Shown in pieces: positions 13,204-25,394 of a stretch of DNA of 64,000 nucleotides. Each line of letters starts with the position of its first letter. Within the stretch, counting starts at the first letter, position 1. The DNA lies in the NCBI GenBank assembly GCA_045837725.1, contig JBEWZL010000095.1, positions 1 through 64,000 of the forward strand. The letters run 5' to 3'. A model generated the notes under the pieces. The model saw only the letters and a program-made list of their open reading frames with translations. It was not told where the DNA came from and ran no database searches. Made by a program: the position numbers and the translations under genes. This DNA comes from Vermamoeba vermiformis (Eukaryota).

Positions 13204-15791
13204 TTAGTAGTCGTCAGGTTGAGGGTGCTCTTCTTCGGCGAACACGATCTGCTTGCCATAAGAAAGCTTGTTGGCCTTTTCCTTGTTGTCATATACATCG
13301 ATCCAAATAGTGTACCATTCGCCCTTAGTTACACCTTCAACGGGCACGTTGAATGAGATCTCGCGATCTGTTTCGTTGACTTCGTGTCCTTGAACAATGA
13401 ATGACTCACCTATTAATAGATATAAATTAGTATGGTGGTGCATTATAATAATTCCGTATATTGATTTCATAGCCGAGTTGCCCAAAATATTGTAATGGAT
13501 CGGCTGTATCAGTATTTTTGTAACGGATGCACACTTACGTTGCGCGGGGTTTTCAAAATTGACTTCAACATAATAGCCAGGCTTAAGGGCGGGCACACGA
13601 GTGGTTTGACCGTTAACAGTCTGAGTCTCCTTCAACTTGTTGGAGCGCAACTTGAAGCGGTACTCGCTCGTGGGTTTATCGGACAATGAAATGGATCTAA
13701 AGAACAAATTATCAATACAAACATTCCCTTATTATTCGATACAAATCGAGTAAAGAGTTGGAATTAATCCAAATTATGGATAGATCCAGAAAAAAATTCG
13801 TTTCTGAGAATATTATTGAATAGTTGCCAATATTATGATCCTAATACTTACGTGCAGTGGACATGAACGCCGTTGTAATAAGGTCTGACGACTCTGTTGT
13901 ACTTCTCCAAGAAGTTCTTGACCAAAGTCTTAGTGTCTTCTTCAAGAGCCCTAATAAAATATATTAATTAGTTAGCTATAATATAATACTACTACGTCAT
14001 TATTATTATAGTAATCTTACTTGGCCTCTTCTTCTCTGCCCAATCTATAAAACAAGTTGACGAGCTCGTAAGTCTGACCAACTTCCAAGCTTTGACCCTT
14101 GCTCATTTCCTTGCTCCTATAGTCATATGATAAGCTATCTATATTTAATAACTATTTGATCTTACCTCTTCAAGGTAGCTTCAGCGGATTCGAAGTTGCC
14201 TTCGTTCAAGTAGTAGCCGCACTCAGCAATCAACAAAGGAACGGTCAAAATTAGTCGACGATCTTCGGGGATATCTATAATAAAATAATTATCAATATGA
14301 GTTCTAACAACGAGTAAATTCAACCGCTAAAATTTGCGGATCTGATTTGTAACGACCGAAAATGCTACTTTAAAATTAAGAATGATAGGAAAATATATTA
14401 CATGTATATTATATGATAAAATAACGTTACCGGTAATGCTTTGAATGGCTTCAAGAGACACATCCAAGTGTTTTTTGGCCTCGTCGTATTTGCCTTGCTC
14501 CAACAACAAATTGAACAGTCTGATGTTAGCCTCGAGCAGTCTAATGTCCTCGCTGTTCTCACGGACCATCACCGGCAGCACTGCTTTCATCAAGCTCTCA
14601 GCCTCGGAGAACTTTTTGAGTTCGCGCTTAATAATCGCGAGTTCGTTGGCGATCTTAATAAACAAGTCCTTAGACTCCAATGCGTCGAATATTCTGTCGG
14701 CAATAACGAAGCTTTCTTCGGCAATGCGTTCAGCTTCTTCCATACGGTTCTAAAAAAGGAAAAATTATAAAAAAATTCAAAAATATAATTGTAAAATCAA
14801 CTAAATACAATCCAATGCTTATATTAATACTTAAAGACCATTAGTATCGAATAAATTAATTTTTGTCGATTGATTCAATACTAAAATCAGAATTCAACAT
14901 ACCTGATTGATGTACAAGCTGGTCAAGTTGCTCAACAAAGCAGCATGACCGTTGGTGTTAGGAGCACTGCGAGCGACGACGTCAACAGCTCTATATAAAA
15001 ATTAGCGTTATATTCCATTCTCAGCCCGGATCGCGATCAAAAAAGTCTTACTCTTCGAGAAGATCTGAAGCGTCACGCCATTTGCCTTGAGTAGTCAAAA
15101 TATCGAATAATACGCCCAAAACAATTCCAGAAAATTCGTCGTCAACGCCAACAGTTTGTTTGCAGTAGTTGTAAGCTTGTTTAGCAAGAACTTCTCCCAG
15201 ATGCATATCACCAGCTGATAATTCGTTAATAATGCTAGAAAAAATCATAATATGATATTGTATGATTATAGAGTATTATAATCATGTTTGATTGTTGGAG
15301 GATCTCGTGACTTCACGAAAATATTTTTTATGACAAATACTTACCCTTCATGGCAGCATCGATTTGCATGATCATTTGTTGCAGTGCCATTTGTACTATA
15401 TTAAAAATATTATTAATAAATTAGAAATACTAATACAAAATCAAGATCGACAAGAAAACAAGATCTACTGAAAATAATAAGAAAAGCAATATTTTAATTA
15501 TAATTATATTTTAACCTTACCCTCTCTTCGCTTAGAATCCATAGGCATGCCAGGTTGGCCGCCGTGAGCGGGAGATCTGGGAGGAGATTGAGACTTGACA
15601 GAGCTGGATGAAGAGCGCAACGAGGCAGATTTGCCTTTACGAGCACCACGGCCCTTAGTAGGACCTGTTTCGGGCTGGCCACGGTTAGATCCGTCGCCGA
15701 CCAAGTAACCCACAACGGCGAGTGTGGCGAATCCAGCAATCGCGGCAGCGGCATGCCACCATCGGAATCGTCCTCCAAAGTTTTCTTCCAT
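13204..15791 (-). CDS. N-terminally membrane-anchored TPR-repeat protein, multi-exon
   Basis: Hydrophobic segment WWHAAAAIAGFATLAVVGYLV, a basic/Ser linker, TPR-like helices (QGKWRDASDLLEE, KKFSEAESLM, QGKYDEAKKHL, GNFESAEATL) and a beta-rich C-terminal exon set. Confidence 0.7.
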
Positions 15792-16188
15792 GGTAGTATA
15801 TTTAAGTGTGGTTCACTAGAGCAAGAAGAAAAACAGAAAGGGATCGCAAAAAAAAAATGATTTCACCTTGTTTCTTTCGTTCATGAAGCACAATACAACT
15901 TGCAAAAATGATCAAAATAATAATGCGCTATTAGATTGTACAAAGAGGCGAGCAACCGCCTCAATGCTTTGACGTTTTTACAAAAAGTTTATTATTTTTT
16001 TATTTATTAACATGACCTAGCGATGCAGGCAGTTAATATTAGTAACATAATAATTTATAAATCGGCGAGTATTAATAATTATCGCATAGAGTAAATTATA
16101 TCAAAATTATTTTCGCACGTGCTAAATTGACCCCACAAGCCAGCCAATAGTCCCACTAACTTATTTAACCTATCACAACATCTTCTAT

Positions 16189-17846
16189 ATGTCCTGCCAA
16201 TCAGCGAATGCAATTTTTTGCCTTGGCTGTCAGCATTATCACAATCTTAGGACTGCTATTGAGGCTAATCCGCCCCAAACGCCCCAAGAAAACTGTACAC
16301 TTGACTACATGCACAACTCCAAGCAGCGCATTAATAGACAATATTCCACCTGTAAGTAGACCTTTATTTCATTTTATTTATTAATCTTGAAATTTAGGAA
16401 GTTTTAATTACAATCATGCAGCAAGATACTGCTACTATGATGGCGTGGCAATCAGTTAGCAAATATTGGCGATATTTAGCAACAGATATAAACGTTGCGT
16501 TGAATTTTATTCTAGCACATCTGCTCGAGTCAAAGTAAGTTCACATTTACTCGTACAAATATCAGATAGGTGTTAATTAATAACTTTTATTGCTTCTTCT
16601 AGAAAGATTTTCGTTGACGAGGTCCACCGCTTGAAGTTGAATCCATTACACGCAAAACAGCCGGATCCATACGATCTCCCGGTACTCGTAAGCGTCGGAT
16701 AATATTTTTGCTATCTTAATAGGCAAATAACTTTTAGTTAAGACTGATGCCGAAGTACAAGAATACTTGGCAGATCTGCACGAAGTAACAAAACGAAACA
16801 GGCGACTAATTGAGTTCGATTACTCTCAATGGCAAGAACTTTACGCTAACTACTATCACACGAGATTTTTAGAGGATAAAGAGCGAAAATTGCTATCGCA
16901 GTAAGCTAAATGCGGTTTTTTTTTTCAAAATTATTTCTTAACTCTGTTAGGTTCATTGTAAAATGTGATCTCGGGACAATACCTAATTGTCAAGTTCAAT
17001 ATAGAGTAAGTAATCGTACGATTATTATTCAAGTTTTGGCGTTAACAAGATCTAGGTCAAAAAACGTTCGCCTGGATGTGGTCAAATTTACTTCAATCTG
17101 GAAGAATATCTCGTGACGGGATTGGGCGTCGATACGCCCGCACTATTTGTTCGAGTAAACAACCCATTGGTGCTATCTCGTAAGTCGAACAATTTTATTT
17201 CAGAGAATCCACTCGGATCTGATCCACCTTTGTAGTCTTTATCTTTCCAAATTCATGGGAGTTACTCTTCGTACTGGCTCGGTTGATAGCATTCCCTTGG
17301 TGCATGTTACTCTTCATTACGTTACTGCCTCAGTACATTCTTGCTGCAATTGACTACGTGCCTCTATTAATCAGTACTTGGGACGCAATTGCAGATATGA
17401 CGCCCAGCGGAATAATTATTGGACCGTTGTGGACAGTTACAACGCTAGTTCTAGTGCCTTGGCTGACCTGGCCGTACTCGCTTTCTTTTTTTAGTAACGT
17501 CGCCCTGCTGAAGATGCTTTATTTCTATCAAAACGAAGTATATGGATATATTAATAATAAGGTATTTACTGAGCGAGAAAGAACTGCGACTGGTCTATTT
17601 TTAGCTCTCAATGTACTGGCATCATTGGATCTGAAAAACGTAATCTCGATCGGCAATATAATATGGAGAGCGATGGAACTGGCATTCTGTACTTTCTTAT
17701 CACTATTCTACATTCGTATTCGCAAGGCAGTGGACAAACACACCAGATCCGGACCATCCTTCCCAAAACTACCAAACTTGGACTTCGACTACAAATTTTT
17801 GGCTCCTATTGGGATATTAGCGTTGTATTATGCATCGTGGACATAA
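16189..17846 (+). CDS. Hypothetical multi-exon protein with a C-terminal multi-pass membrane region
   Basis: ATG at 16189 preceded by CACGTG, several GTAAGT introns, and a last exon (17283-17846 ORF) with several hydrophobic helices. Internal exon structure is uncertain. Confidence 0.5.
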
Positions 17847-17953
17847 AATCGACAAGAGCGACACCAAGGCCACCGACAATTCTAGCTGAAAGTCGGATGT
17901 CCAACCAATGACGATTAAAGCGGAGATCAACTGCTTTAGTTAGTAAACTACTA

Positions 17954-18035
17954 CAAAACCAGCGGCGGCAAATCTCCGTTAGCGCGCAAGATTCGCACAA
18001 CGACACGTGCGCTTGTGAATTGGGTGCACAAAGTT
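17954..18035 (+). promoter_or_regulatory. Conserved upstream cassette CACGTG + TGTGA(A/T)T + CACA(A/G)AGTT, first of four copies
   Basis: Same ordered motifs at 18004/18013/18027, 19289/19298/19316, 20452/20477/20506 and 21081/21121/21151, each upstream of a cluster gene. Confidence 0.7.
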
Positions 18036-18109
18036 AATCAAACGAAAATTTCCAAATTTTCATCATTATCCAATTCCTCGCCCACAACTCAACTTCGACT
18101 CTTGTTTCA

Positions 18110-18508
18110 ATGCACATGTCGCAGCAATTTGTCGTACTCTTCGTCTTGCTAGCCCTCGTTGCAGCAACTTCTGCCAGTCTTACATGCTACTCTGGTGTTG
18201 GAAATACCGTTACCACTACCACTGTGGAGGATCCAACATACATCTGCCTCAGATACGACTTTACTTGCTCCCCCAGTGATGGCGCCTGCACCGCTGAAGA
18301 AGGAGCCAAAGGTGTTACCAAAACGGCGTATATCGTAAGCACCCAAGACACATGCAATACAATGCGAGCCAATCCGACACTTTATCGCAACGTATATTGC
18401 TGCTCAACCAACCAGTGCAATGCTCCTATCGGCTCCACTAGCTTTGGAGTTGTCGTGGCTCCGGTCCTCAGCTTGGTTTCAATGACCGCCCTCTATTTGG
18501 CATTGTAA
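18110..18508 (+). CDS. Secreted, predicted GPI-anchored three-finger (Ly6/uPAR-like) protein A
   Basis: Signal peptide; LTCY...CCSTNQCN with 8 Cys; small-residue omega region followed by a hydrophobic C-terminal tail; intronless. Confidence 0.8.
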   Translation: MHMSQQFVVLFVLLALVAATSASLTCYSGVGNTVTTTTVEDPTYICLRYDFTCSPSDGACTAEEGAKGVTKTAYIVSTQDTCNTMRANPTLYRNVYCCSTNQCNAPIGSTSFGVVVAPVLSLVSMTALYLAL

Positions 18509-19388
18509 TTCACTCTTGAAGAATTGTTACAAACTTCAAGTTTGACATCAATAAACATGCTCAATAAACCGTAGTTTCGAATCATTGTGCAAGCAATCTG
18601 ATGGATTAATTGTTTCTTAATGGCCGGGCTACAACTTGACACCGGAACACAAAGTTTCGGGCCCGAAATGATTCACAACAGCCCAAAAAAGACATGAACG
18701 AGAAGAATGTGCCATGATCACAACGTTAAGTCTGTCTAATTCACCAACTTCCTACTCTATCGATAACGTCAATGCGCATTAATTGATTTCGAAATCGATG
18801 CTAATCAATCAAATGACAAAAAACTATTTTAGTTGTTTAAATTTTGGCCTCGTGGAACAAGAGTTCGCCTATCGAACTACGGCAACGGGCTTTAATATAA
18901 GCTTGTTAGGAGATTTGAGTGGAATGATCGAGTTCTGTACAGGTACGGTTTGTGATCGGCTGTAATCTGGGAAAATTAGTCAAGTGAATTATAAATGTCA
19001 TACATATTTGCAAAATAATTATTAGGACAAAACCGTAATTTTAGTACAGCTCGAGCTAATTTTTAAAAAATAAAAAAAAAATTATCCCTCTTTTCCTTTA
19101 GATCGCAGAGCAGCGGACCAATTAATTTCTTAATTGATGTAGGTGCTTATGGTGCCAAAATAGAAGATTCAAATGATTACAGCGAAGATCCACCAGATTG
19201 GGGTGTCGCGCTGATTTTGATTCATTCAAACAACAAAACCTGTAGCGGCAAATCTCCGCCAGGCAAGCGCGGAAACTCCGAACAACGACACGTGCGCTGT
19301 GAATTGTCCACGGCGCACAAAGTTGCGCCTATTTAATCGAGTGTTATTCTTTTTTGCTCAATAACACAAACACAGCCACTGCCAAAAC

Positions 19389-20386
19389 ATGCACACGCAA
19401 CGCGCTATATTCTTCTTCGTCTTAGCTTTAGCCGCGCCGCTAGCCCTGGCACAAAACTGCTACATCGCAAATACAAAATCTTCAGGGCTAACTCAATGCC
19501 AAGCCCCGCCGTTCTTCACCCGCGTTGATTTTTCAACTTCTAATGGCTGTTCCTATTCATATTGCAGTGCGAATATTACCAACAACGGCATTCAAGGCGA
19601 TCAATTTACCGGGTACACTACGGATTTCAACGCGATCCCAAAACCACTCAAGTACGTCCAATTGCAGTACTATAGTGACGTTCAATGCTTGAACCCGAAG
19701 AGAATGGAATTCCTTACCGATTCTCCCTGCGGCACGGAAACAAGTAAGAACATAATATAAGATCTCAATATCATTTTTTTAATATTTTGGCAGGTTTTTA
19801 CGCAACGTGCAACCAAACGCATGCTCGAGTGATTCAATACTCGTACGGCTGCAGTGCCGTGGTGCAAGACAGCACATATACTCTAAACCAATGTGCTGGT
19901 GGTCCTGACGAATTCGTCGTGGCCAGTTGCGGAACATCCGGATCTGCTCCGAACACTTCTCCTGTACCTACACCTAGCAGCTCACCACGCCCCTCTTATA
20001 CACCGTACTACTATCCTCCTATCACTAGACGTGCTACTCCACTCTCTTGCTATTTTAACGCGTCCTCAACCTCGATCACGCTGTACAATGTTACAGATGC
20101 GAGTCTGATGTGCGGTCGCTACACATTTATATGCCCTCGCAATGTTACATACTGCACTGAAGGGTCGGGTATCACCGTTTTTACTTCTATTAGCAAAGAT
20201 ACTTGCCAGTTTCTGATGCAAAGTCCTCAGTATCGCGACGTGATCTGCTGCGACACGAACTACTGCAATGGCCCTGGCTACTCGACACCTAATGTTAGCG
20301 GTGGTACTGCTATTGTTCCGTCGCTGGCTCTAGTCGTCATGATTACCTTATTTGCTTATCTACGTGACATTGTAATGCAAAAATAA
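19389..20386 (+). CDS. Secreted Cys-rich protein B: N-terminal Cys module, Pro/Ser/Thr linker, three-finger-like domain, GPI-type tail; 2 exons
   Basis: Signal peptide; intron about 19744-19793; LSCY...CCDTNYCN followed by a hydrophobic tail. Confidence 0.75.
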
Positions 20387-20614
20387 ATGCATTACACCTA
20401 AATAAGGTGCTTGATTATAAACGAAAAGCGCTGATTATGGATCGGATCTGACACGTGTCATTCTGTCGGCGATCATTTGTGATTCGGAGTAAGTTGCGTT
20501 CGGTTCACAAAGTTGAGTCGGACACAAAGTTAAAATAACCGTGAACTAAAATAAACAGAGATATATTATTATATTACTTCAATTCCCAATCTACAGTCAC
20601 ATCTCCTTCTTCAA

Positions 20615-21001
20615 ATGATTCGTAACCTCGTTCTTGCAATTCTTCTTGCAATTGCTACGGCAACTGCTGCAGAATTAACATGCTACAGTGGCTCGGGCAA
20701 CTCCATCACGACTACCACAACGCAAGATCCAGATGCGGTCTGCATTAGATACGAATTCACGTGTACTCCCGGCTCTTGCAATTCTGACGAAGTAGCCAAC
20801 AAGGTCACTAAAACAGCCTATGCAATGACCAACACAGAGTCCTGCAACAATTTGAGGAACAGTCCGACCATCATCCGCAACCTCCTCTGCTGCTCAACGA
20901 ATAAGTGCAATGCGCCGATCGGCTCAACTAGCACCGCCCGCACTGCCATTCCTTCAATCGTCTTGGTCTCTGCCACTGCTGTAGTACTGTTTGCTTTGTA
21001 A
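20615..21001 (+). CDS. Three-finger-like GPI protein A', paralog of 18110
   Basis: LTCYSG...CIRYEFTC...VTKTAY...CCSTNKCNAPIGSTS is nearly collinear with 18110-18508. Confidence 0.8.
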   Translation: MIRNLVLAILLAIATATAAELTCYSGSGNSITTTTTQDPDAVCIRYEFTCTPGSCNSDEVANKVTKTAYAMTNTESCNNLRNSPTIIRNLLCCSTNKCNAPIGSTSTARTAIPSIVLVSATAVVLFAL

Positions 21002-21239
21002 AAGACCAAATAAACGGATCCGGACTGGACAGTAAACTACTCAGATACTCGTAAATCATATCGGCGGTAAAACGCCGCAACACGTGATTGCGGGATAAAC
21101 CCGCTATTGAACATTAATCATTGTGAATCGGAAGCAAGTTGTCTCTCGATCACAGAGTTACCACGAAAAGAATCACAATGTTACGAAGATTTAAAAAGAA
21201 TAGCTGACAAATTAATTTTATGATCTTATTATCAACAAC

Positions 21240-21599
21240 ATGAGAACTTATATTGCTGCGTTTTTTGCTTTGTTTGTCCTTGCGCCATTGGCACTAGGCC
21301 AAGACTGCTACTTAATTGTCGCACAATCCTTCAGCTCGACACAATGGCAAGGGCCTCCGTCCTACACCACCGTGAGCCGAGATCCTTTTAGTGAATATTG
21401 CAATGCTACTCGCTGCGTAGAATCAACATATTACGGTCAGCCTCTGGAGAACTTTTTTATTTACACTCGTGATCATTGGCAACAAAGAGGCCTATGCAAT
21501 CATCAGAAGACTAAAACAAGACAACGCGTTCTTATTTTAAGCGAGTGTGCCGATCATTCCACCGCCAGGAATATTACGCTTCACGCTCGTGGGGGGTGA
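21240..21599 (+). pseudogene. Truncated paralog B' of the 19389 gene
   Basis: Signal peptide and APLALGQDCY...STQWQGPP match B (APLALAQNCY...LTQCQAPP). Similarity stops near 21478; one Cys is replaced by Trp; no downstream domains or tail. Confidence 0.55.
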
Positions 21600-21676
21600 A
21601 ACTGGCACGCGTTTATTGTGGGCATGTAGTCAGCGAGTGAAGAATTCCGACATAGCCCTGATTGACATGTGACAGG

Positions 21677-22369
21677 AGTCATGTGACTTGCCGGAGACAA
21701 AAACGAAGCAACGTTACAACCGCCATTGTCGTCGTATTAGCAAACAGAGCACCACAACAAGCTTGGTTTGTTAAATTATTTTTTCGACTTTAATTCGCTG
21801 AACAATATTCATGAAGCTTACAAGAAAGCAAAATTGCAAAAGACTGGAGCACTATTACAGGTAACACTAATAAGATAAAAAATAGGGTTAATTAATGCTA
21901 TATATAGAACTCACCGTTGCTTAATGTGATTCACGCGAATTTCACGAATGATTTGAACTCGATGATCAATGACGCACAACAAACCATGTCTAAAATCAAC
22001 TCGGCAGATCTGAGCAGTCAATTAGATCAAATGATACATTCAGACAATACACAAGACAACAGCAACGTTATATTAAATACTAATAGCAATGGCGCGCTGT
22101 CACCGGGTTTGACACTAAATACGACGAAGAAAAAGAAAAAACGAGTGTTTGACGAGATCCAGACCGAAGATGAAGTGAAGACGTATAATCCTAGTGATTG
22201 TTTATATGAAGATACGGTCAAACGATTAAAACGACCGCCGCGGCAGCAAAATCGAAGGACGAGTTCAGAGGCGAGTGCTACGAATGTAAATAAAGCTAAT
22301 ACTACGAATAGTATGATCGTTGATGAGGTTTATCTGATAATAACAGTAGCAGCGATGATTTTTGAATAA
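21677..22369 (+). CDS. Hypothetical Asn-rich protein or gene remnant with a KKKKKR NLS-like motif
   Basis: Open frame to a CAG|gtaac donor at 21861, splicing into the 21917-22369 ORF. No clear start codon found. Confidence 0.35.
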
Positions 22370-22422
22370 ACCAGATCAAAACAATTATTGATTTAATGCA
22401 TGAGTTTTATAATTAATGGCAT

Positions 22423-24143
22423 TTAAAAGAGAGCCGCGGCACCAAGCAACATCAAGCTAGCAACCATAGTTGAAGCGCTGCTAGTCACGGGAGCAGACGT
22501 AGTAACAGGAGTACTCGTGGTGCAAGCATTGAAGTTGGTTGACTTGACCAAGCAATCCTTGTACCACAATTGATGCACAACTGCTCCGACATTGTTGGGA
22601 ACTTCGAATGAGTTTGAAGACGAAGCAGCACTCACTTCAATACCTTCTTGAGCTGTCACGCGATGAGTCCAACCTGCAGTCAAGTCGGCTAAAAATTAAA
22701 TGATTCGTCAGTAATGCAATTCGTTTCCGAAAGCGATGCAGGCTTACATCTTGCAGTATTGACGGTCGCAGTGAAGGTGCTGGTCATGCCCGATGAGCAC
22801 GATTGAGGTGCGTTGACAACAACAGTCACATCAGGACCAAGCACGGCTTCACAAGCACCCCAGTTGACAATCAACGAGAGTTGATCAGCGTTCAAGCCAT
22901 GGAACAACTGAGCTGGTTCAGCATCGATCTCGGCAGCAGTGGAGAGAAGCATCTCTTGGTTCATTGCATAACCAACAACCACCATGAAGGCGATGGTCTT
23001 GCCAGCAGGGATTTGAGTGTTGTAGACGTACGATGCAATGTAATCATCCACATCAGCGTAGACCATTGGAGTTTGATCACGACCTTTGGGACCTTTTGAT
23101 AAGAAATATCATTAGTACGGTTGACAGTAAAACACTGCGTCAATGGCTCACCTCGGGCGTGAATTGAGTTGAGAATAGAGGGAATTTCAGGTCGAGTGCC
23201 CGTTTGACCGTTATCGTTGTCAAGGAATGGGAAGCTGTAAAAGAGAGCATGAGAACAGTTCATAAAACAATGGGATCTGCTTCTTACGCGGCAAAGTATC
23301 GAGAGCCAGCACTCAAAGGCGCAATGTTTGTCAAGTAGTAGTTGGTGTACCAATCTGACCAAAATGCAGCACGTTCGGCAGTGCTTCCAACGTTGGTGGT
23401 GAAAAGAATGTAACGGACATAACTCGTCTCTAATCATAGGCATGAGAAATATGTGACATTTTTTTCGAATACTCATTTTGAACGCTTACCGTTGGGTGCA
23501 GAAATGTGCAGGTAAGATTCCAAGGTTTGAATTTGGCCTCTTATGCGAAAGTCTCCCTCATGGTAGTCAAGATATAAAGGGCCGTGAAGAGCGCTGTGTC
23601 CGTCGGCACCACAAGTAAAGTTGGCGAGATGCACAAATTCGGCCCCTTCATTCCTAACAGTAGAATTTTTGCCTCCAAGCAAAGGTATTTCTGTGTAGAA
23701 AAATTAGAAGTCGAAAAGGAGGGACAGTGACAGTGTGTCACTTACGGTTGATCCAAAAGTTGCCTGTATTGCCCAAACTGTAGTCCGAGAAATATTGCCC
23801 AACGCTCGGAACATACACGGAACCGGTAGGAACGTAAAAGTCCGAGTTGGACGCTCCGTACCAACAGCAACCCATTTCAATTGCATAGCCATCGTAGTCT
23901 AAACCAAAATACTGAAGAGTGTTTATGAGCAGATACTCCGCCGATCTTTTCACTAAAACTTACCGAAGTGTTCAATCGGCCGTCCTTCGCTCCAAAATAA
24001 AGAGTTAGAGGCTTAGGGAGGTTTCCCTCGGCATCTTGACCGAAGATGAGTGGAATGCAAGTGCTGTTCGGATTCGTGAAAGTCGTTGGTCCTGCGGCAC
24101 TGCCAAGGGCAACTAAAGCGAACAAAAGTAACACTATTCTCAT
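22423..24143 (-). CDS. Multi-exon secreted, predicted GPI-anchored protein
   Basis: Signal MRIVLLLFALVALGSA; introns splice in frame; core SYVRYI...IPAGKTIAFMVV...PAQLFHGLNADQLSLIVNW; Thr/Ser linker and hydrophobic tail. Confidence 0.75.
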
Positions 24144-24789
24144 TCTGAGTTGTGATGTGTTGATGCAACAAAATCTAATGTTTGAAAATAAGCATTTCAA
24201 ACAACGTTTTTTAAGTTGTCAACTTGTCAAGCCAAATCAGAAAAATATTTGCAATTTTAATAATACGAATGATTTATATTACGAACTGCGGTGTAAAATT
24301 CTAAAAATGATTCGGAAAAGTTCCTTTAGATGGCTCGAGAAAGGTATTCGTCCCTGAGCGATCTGGAAGCTTTATGCGATCCAGTCAACCGCGGAAAATT
24401 AGATATTCAGGTATTTTTTCGTGGAACTCATTTCGTAGCGCAAATTTATCGTTCCAACTTATTCGGTCGGATGTAACTCGAAAAATTAAGGGTACTTTAC
24501 GGAGCCGAAACTCGCGCATCTCGTTATTTAACGTTAAATTCTACGTATTTGTCAACATTTGTCAGGTATGTAAAAGGGCGGAAAAGATTAAAAACCGCTT
24601 CCGTGATTTGAAAAGTGGCTTACAGCTATAGAGGCTGGTGAGGGCTGTTTGGTTACTTTGACATAGGTATTGTCGCTTCCCGCATCGTCATTCAAAGCCA
24701 AAAGGAATCAACAATTAGGATGTGGTGTCTTTTTCCAATAGGCCTGTCGGGACGTCACAGATAGATATTTTTAGGCTGAAACCCAAAAG

Positions 24790-25028
24790 GACCCGGCACG
24801 TTCTCTGCACGATGCAACGACACTCACGCGTATTTGCAGCGCTACAACACGACTGCATGCGACACGGCCCCAGTCCTCGATGAAGTCTATCCCGTGCAAC
24901 AATGCCACTGGAGCGCGGAAGGCTATGTGCTCGTCACGTGCCTCGCGAACAGTGGCGCGGTGGTCCAGCAAGTCCCTTCAATCATGCTCCTAGCGCTCTT
25001 CGTCGTAATCACTCTGTTCGGCTTGTAA
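24790..25028 (+). pseudogene. Orphan 3' exon of a Cys-rich GPI protein related to the 19389 module
   Basis: FSARCNDTHAYLQRY...C...D.VY...QC...VLVTC aligns with FYATCNQTHARVIQY...C...DSTY...QC...VVASC, followed by a GPI-type tail. No upstream exon found. Confidence 0.5.
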
Positions 25029-25300
25029 AGCAAATCCACAAAGTGCTCGCGAGACAAATTGACAGCATTCTGATGTTCGCTATATATGCCTAATGTAATA
25101 AAACTATTAGTACGAAAGAACAGCGAATATTTTTAATATTAAGCTAACCGTGTCACCAAGTGTCAAATTGTCAGTCGATTGACTTTGGGGCTTTGGACTT
25201 TTGGTTTGAAATAATTCATTAACCTAATGCCCCAAATATCGATCGTATTATTATTGTGGGGTCTGTAACCCCTCAGCGCCAATATTGGGGCACGAGCAAG

Positions 25301-25307
25301 TATAAAA
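25301..25307 (+). promoter_or_regulatory. TATA box
   Basis: TATAAAA about 90 bp upstream of the ATG at 25395. Confidence 0.55.
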
Positions 25308-25394
25308 CCAGATCTGATCCGGATTCATTCTTTTCATCAAACCAACAACAACTAATCATATAAGTAGATCTACTTACTAATCCAATCACCGACA

